A program made the translations under genes and the position numbers. Positions 55,701-64,000 of a DNA stretch of 64,000 nt are shown here, piece by piece; the first letter of the stretch is position 1, and every line of letters starts with the position of its first letter. This DNA comes from the human T2T-CHM13v2.0 reference genome, Homo sapiens. The stretch lies in assembly GCF_009914755.1 (NCBI RefSeq), contig NC_060927.1. One strand, given 5' to 3'. The notes under the pieces are model-generated. The model had not been told where the DNA came from, searched no databases, and worked only from the letters and a program-made list of their open reading frames with translations.

Positions 55701-56624
55701 CAGAAAAGGAAACCCTTGAACTGGTTGATAAAAGACAAGTAGCAGTTCAGCAGAGAAACAAGAAGGGGAGGACAGCATTCCAGGCAGAAGGGAAGGCATA
55801 TGCAAAGGAAAAGAAATGTGAAAAAGTGAGCTTGACTCATGACCATTGTGCTCTCCAGACCCACATTCCCAATGTTGGCTAAATGCCAGCTGGAACTCCA
55901 ACTCCCTGAGTTGGACCTGAAATTCAATAGGTCCAGAATAGAACCAATAAACTTCACAGTTCCTGTTACTCCAGGCTCCCTATGTCAGGGGCAATGCCAT
56001 GACCATCTCCAATCACACAGTTTTAATTACTCCCCCATTTACTCCTAAACACAGACTGTAACAGTAGGACAAGGGTGGAATGATTAGTCCAGCGTAAGCC
56101 ATGCCTCACAGAAAGAGAAAGAACGTCTCCCTAAGTATAGGATCTGACTGTGGCAAGATCAGAGCAAGGAGTGGTGGGGATTGTGGGTCAAGTCAGAGAT
56201 GACACAGAGCACTACTTACCCAGGGGCAGAAACTTCAACTCTAGGAACACCAGCTATCCAGACCTAAAAGGATCATTCTCTGCTGTAAAGACCAGCTTTG
56301 CTTCATGCTCCCAGAACTAGGGAAATACCTCCTCCTACCCATCCCCACTCCCTTCCAGCTATTGCTATTTTTCCTGTTACAATTCTGTATTTTCCAATCA
56401 AAACTCTTACTGATAATCCAATTTCCCAAGAATTTTTAAATATGCAAGTTCCCTGGTTTTTAGAGATATGAGTTCTTGAGAGATATGAGTTCTAGGATCA
56501 ATAGAAATGATTAAACAACCAATTACAGTTATCACACCAGACACTAGATATTTAGCATACATTATCTTTAAGTTTTACCACACCCTTGAAAGACAGTCAA
56601 GAACTCCCTTTTGAATGGAAACAG

Positions 56625-57267
<643 letters not shown>

Positions 57268-58282
57268 TCACACAGCTTGCATGGGGTATAAATATGGTGA
57301 TGTTCCTTCCCTTTATAAAGCTGTTTAATGTGTCCCTGGCCTGTAGAAGCATCTCCCAAACTTCCATGGCCACAGAACCATTTCAAATTGATAGAACACC
57401 AGCTAGCACTCACAATATCTACTAAATTGAATCTATATGCTTAGATTAGAGCAAAGAGAAGGAAAAAATGGCCTCGGTAACTGATGCCAAAAGAAAAAAA
57501 TTATACTCTAATAAAAGAAAAAGCAAATTAGCAAAATTAAGCCATTTTCATTTTCCTAAGAACACAATTTCACATATTCTGTAATTAAAACACAAGACAC
57601 ATGTCACAGACTAGTAATCAAATGAAAATAACAAATCAGGCTAGTTAGTGCATCTGAATCATGCAATAATATGCAGATCCCAAGTCAAATGTGTTCATGA
57701 TGCCCCAGGATGTTGTTTTTTTTTTTTTTTTTCTTTGAGACAAGATCTCGTTCTGTTGCCCAGGCTGGAGTGTGTGGTGCAATCATGGCCTTGACTTGAT
57801 GTGGGGCCATTATCAATATTGTTTAAAAGCTCCCAAGGCTGAAAACCACTGCTATAGGGGAAGGGAAGAATTGAGTGGAGGCTACAAGGGTAGAAGCCAG
57901 TCTTCTCTGAATATACCTTGTTTTATAGATTTGGCTTTGGAATCACAAATATTTTAAACAATTATGAAATTAAATTAGAAAAAGCAATCCCTAAAGCATA
58001 AAGCAAACGTACTGCATACTGAATTGGAAAGAGAATCACACAAAGGACTATTTTAAGTGACTTTTTTTTTTTTAACATAGAGACGAGGTCTCACCATGTT
58101 GTCCAGGCTGGTCTTGAACTCCTGGGCTCAAAGCAATCGCCCGCCTCAGCCTCCTGAAGTGCTGGGATTACAGGTGTAAGCCACTGTGCCTGGCCCTTCA
58201 AGTGACTTTAACTGGAAATCCTAATAGGGTATATTCTAAAGATAAGAACTCAAGAAAATCTGCAGTTTTTTCAGAACTCATA

Positions 58283-58530
58283 CTTGGGACTGGTGTCTAA
58301 AGGGGGTGTCGGGGGGGTGCTGTCTTACGGGTTGAGCCCTCAACCTGTGAGATCTGTTGCTGTCTCCAGGAAGACAGTCAGAAATAAATGTGAGAATACC
58401 CAGCTGGTGTCTGCTGCTTGGTGTGTGGAGGAAAAAAAAACACATATTTGGTCACAGAAGTCTTCCATGTTGATGTCTGTTGTGGTATGGTGAGAGGAGA
58501 AGAAAAATACAGTTGGAGAGTTTTTTCTAA
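58283..58530 (+). mobile_element. MER21A/B-type LTR 3' fragment
   Basis: tgagccctcaacctgtgagatct...cccagctggtgtct...ttggtcacagaagtctt. Confidence 0.75.
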
Positions 58531-58953
58531 TCACAAGTCTAAAACCAAAAATGTCATAAGACTTGAACATCTTCCAGCCTGGGCAACATAGGGAGACTCC
58601 ATCTCTACAAAAAAATTTTTTTTTAATTAGCTGGGTATGGTGGCGCACGTCTGTGGTCCCAGCTACTGGGGAGGCCAAGGTGGGAGGATTGCTTGAACCT
58701 GGGAGGTCGAGGCTGCTGCAAGCCATGATCACACCACTGCACTCCAGCCTGGGCAACAGAGAAATACCCCGTCTCCAAAAAAAAAAAAAAAAGAAAAAAA
58801 ATCTTCTACCAGAAATCAAGGACACTACGGAAGTCTACTAGGACCGTAGCAAAAGGAAATCAGGAGGAAATTTGAAGAGGTTACCACTACAAAAAGACAG
58901 GATAATATGAACATCAAATAAGAACAAGGGCCAGGGCCGGGTATGGTGGCTCA

Positions 58954-59301
<348 letters not shown>

Positions 59302-59532
59302 TTAAGCCCAGGAGGCAGAGGTTGCAGTGAGCTGAGTTCATGCCACTGTGCTCCAGCCTGGGTAACAGAGCGAGACTCTGTCTCCAAAAAAAAAAGGGGA
59401 GAAGGGTAAAGGTTGAAAAAACTACCTATCCAGGTACCATGTTCATTACTTGGGTGATAAGATCATTCATATCCCAAACCTCAGGTGACATGAAATTTAC
59501 ACATGTAACAAACCTGTACATTCCAAAATCAT

Positions 59533-59588
<56 letters not shown>

Positions 59589-59589
59589 A
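59533..59589. repeat. (GAAA)n tetranucleotide microsatellite
   Basis: About 14 perfect units. Confidence 0.96.
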
Positions 59590-59989
59590 CCCTGCACATG
59601 TACCTCCTGAACCTAAAATAAAAGTTGAATAAGAATGGCTATGAGGACAAGCATGATGGCTCACGCCCATGTAATCCTAACACTTTGGGAGGGCGAGGCG
59701 GGAGGATCACTTGAGGTCAGGAGTTTGAGACCAGCCTGGCCAACATGTGAAACCCTGTCTCTACTAAAAACACAAAAATTAGTCAGGCATCATGGCACAC
59801 ACCTGTAATCCCAGGTACTCAGGAGGCTGAGGTAGGAGAATCACTTGAACCCGGGAGGCGGAGGTTGCAGTGAGCCGAGATCGTACCACTGCACTACAGC
59901 CTGGGCGACAGAGTGAAATTCCGTCTCAAAAAAGAAAAAGAAAAAAAAGGCAATGAACTCAAACATATCAAATATGGTTAAGTTCTTGA

Positions 59990-60229
<240 letters not shown>

Positions 60230-60304
60230 TAGGAGTCTGCCCGCCTTGGCCTCCTTGGGATTAGAGGCATGAGGCCACCACACCCGGCCTGATTTTCTTT
60301 TTCT

Positions 60305-60385
60305 AAGAAACAGTCTTGCTAGGTTGCTCAGGCTGGAGTGCAGTGGCTATTCACAGACACGATCCACATGTCTACTGCATCACAC
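60305..60385 (-). pseudogene. 3' fragment of a 7SL (SRP RNA) retrocopy, or FAM
   Basis: Reverse complement reads GTGGATCGTGTCTGTGAATAGCCACTGCACTCCAGCCTGAGCAAC. GTGAATAGCC is present in 7SL/FAM and absent from dimeric Alu. Confidence 0.6.
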
Positions 60386-60387
60386 TA

Positions 60388-60639
<252 letters not shown>

Positions 60640-60789
60640 TTAAATTAAAAAATAGACTGAAAGAATGATTTCCTATTACCCAAGCTGGAAAGGACCAAAG
60701 GCCACATCCCCCTTCTGGTGTATGTCTTCTCATCAGTTCACATCTGGCCCCTAATTTCAGTAGAATTATATATAATAGGAATATAAAAC

Positions 60790-61810
<1,021 letters not shown>

Positions 61811-62449
61811 CAAAAAACAAACTTAAAACTCTCTACTCCAGGTGAATAGGGTTGTAAATTTAAAAAAAAAAAAACAAAGTAAACTTAAAAAAACCTCTCA
61901 ACTTACAAAAATAAAGATAAACATAGAAAAAGATATCCAAGGCCACTGATGCCCACTCATTTTAGGGGCACTAAACTCCACTCTGAAGTAAGAGCAGTCT
62001 TGCTGAAAATTATTAGGATTTCAGATACCACTTATCTACTAACCATTTTTAAAATTTGGTGTGCATTAAAGTTAACCATATCCAGAATTCTCTGATGATG
62101 GCTACAAAAAAAGCCCTGGAGTACCGCCAACAACATAGGGCTTCTTTTTTTTGGGCTGAGAAACCAACCAACTAGTTGAGCATTGGATGCTTGGTCTAGA
62201 AATGCCAAGACAAATCACCTGCCCTGTTAAAAATCATGGAGTCACCAAAAACAAAGCTCCAATAATCTTCCCCAAAAGAACCCTCAAGAACATGACAATT
62301 CTTACCACTGAGTTTAAGATGAAAAAAAAAAAAAAGAACAGAATAAGAAAGAACATAAGTATGTCTGCTGATAGCATGAAGTAAACTCTTTGAATTATAA
62401 TTTTACTTTTAAAATATTGGATGCCTCGAAAAAACAAAAGCACATGTAT

Positions 62450-63414
62450 CACTTCATTCTGAGAAATTTGTTAGGCAATTTCATCATTCTGCAAACATTA
62501 CAGAGTGTACTTACACAAACCTAGATGGTACAGCCTACAACACACCTAGAATATATGGTAAAGCCTATTACTCCTAGGCTATTTGTATATCTAAACATAG
62601 AAAACGTATGGTAAAAATATGGTATAAAAGTAATTTTACACTTGTGTATGGCACTTGCAGGACTGGAGTTATTTCGGGTGTAGTCAGTGAGTGAGTGGTA
62701 AGTGAATGTGAAGGTCTAGGACACTACTGTACACTAAGGTAGACTTTATAAACACTGTATCCTTAGGCTACACAATCTATAAAAAATACGTTTTTTCTTC
62801 AATTATAACCTTAGCTTACTGTAACTTTTACTTTATAAACCTTAATTTTTTTTTGTTTTTGGGATGGAGTCTTGCCCTGTCACCTAGGCTGGAGTCCAAT
62901 CATGGTACGATCTCAGCTCACCTCAATCTCCACCTCTCGGGTTCAAGTGATTCTCCTGCCTCAAGCCTCCCAAGTAGCTGGGATTACAGACGCCCGCCAC
63001 CACACCTGGTTAATTTTTGTATCTTTACTAGAGATGGGGTTTCACCACGTTGGTCAGGCTGGTCTCGAACTCCTGAGCTCAGGCGATCCACCCACCTCTG
63101 CCTCCTAAAGTGCTGGGATTACAGGCGTGAGCCAACGCACATGGCCCAACTTTAAACTTTTTTCTAACTTTTTTTCTCTTTTTTAAAGAAATTAGGTGTT
63201 CCTATGTTGCACAGGCTAGAGTGTAGCAGCTACAAACAGGCGTGATCATGGCCCACAACAGCCTCAAACTCCTGGGCTCAAGCAATTCTCTTGCTTCAGC
63301 CTCAGGGTAGCTGGGACTACAGACACTCAGCTCTTCTTTTGACTTTTTGACTCTTTTGTAATAACATTTACCTTAATACATAAACGCACTGTACAGGTAC
63401 ACAAAAATATTTTG

Positions 63415-63415
<1 letters not shown>
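62450..63415 (+). mobile_element. Tigger3 (GOLEM/MER7) DNA transposon interrupted by an AluS (62846-63147) and a FAM-like monomer (~63190-63326)
   Basis: ttctgagaaat..ttaggcaatttcatc...agagtgtacttacacaaacctagatggtacagcctac..cacaccta; gtgagtgagtggtaagtgaatgtgaagg. Confidence 0.85.

Positions 63416-64000
<585 letters not shown>

Noticed and set aside
56220-56263. Possible 44-nt cryptic exon ending in TGG|gtaagt
   Set aside because: The acceptor tract is short, and consensus donors of this kind arise by chance in large introns.
56462-56493. Short direct repeats (agagatatgagttct x2; similar ones at ~6910 and ~23500)
   Set aside because: Ordinary slippage duplications with no functional context.
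59511-59599. Apparent TSD (cctgtacat/cctgcacat) around the (GAAA)n tract
   Set aside because: As I recall, this short repeat is intrinsic to older L1P 3' ends, so it does not prove a separate retro-insertion.

Overview
Primate, most likely human, euchromatic DNA from the body of PRKAR2A (cAMP-dependent protein kinase regulatory subunit RII-alpha; human 3p21) on the minus strand. Seven coding exons (exons 2-8, 611 nt, about V88-Q291) can be read directly. All have GT-AG boundaries and consistent phases, and the ORF track misses them because they are short. Exon 1 lies beyond the right edge and the downstream exons lie beyond the left edge. The rest is intron with very high Alu density (about half the window by eye), plus L1/L2/MIR fragments, ERVL/MaLR LTRs, Tigger-family DNA transposons, a 7SL fragment and microsatellites. 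Nearly all listed ORFs are Alu read-through artefacts. I found no evidence of a novel multi-gene system. The most interesting signals are recombination and repair scars: a perfect 264-bp Alu-mediated tandem duplication, an older ~668-bp duplication, a foldback junction between inverted Alus, and a foreign TSD linker shared by two loci 6.2 kb apart. Also notable are an in-frame 36-nt exon carrying the whole PKA inhibitory site and a pair of perfect NF-kB sites. Repeat boundaries and subfamily names are by-eye estimates.
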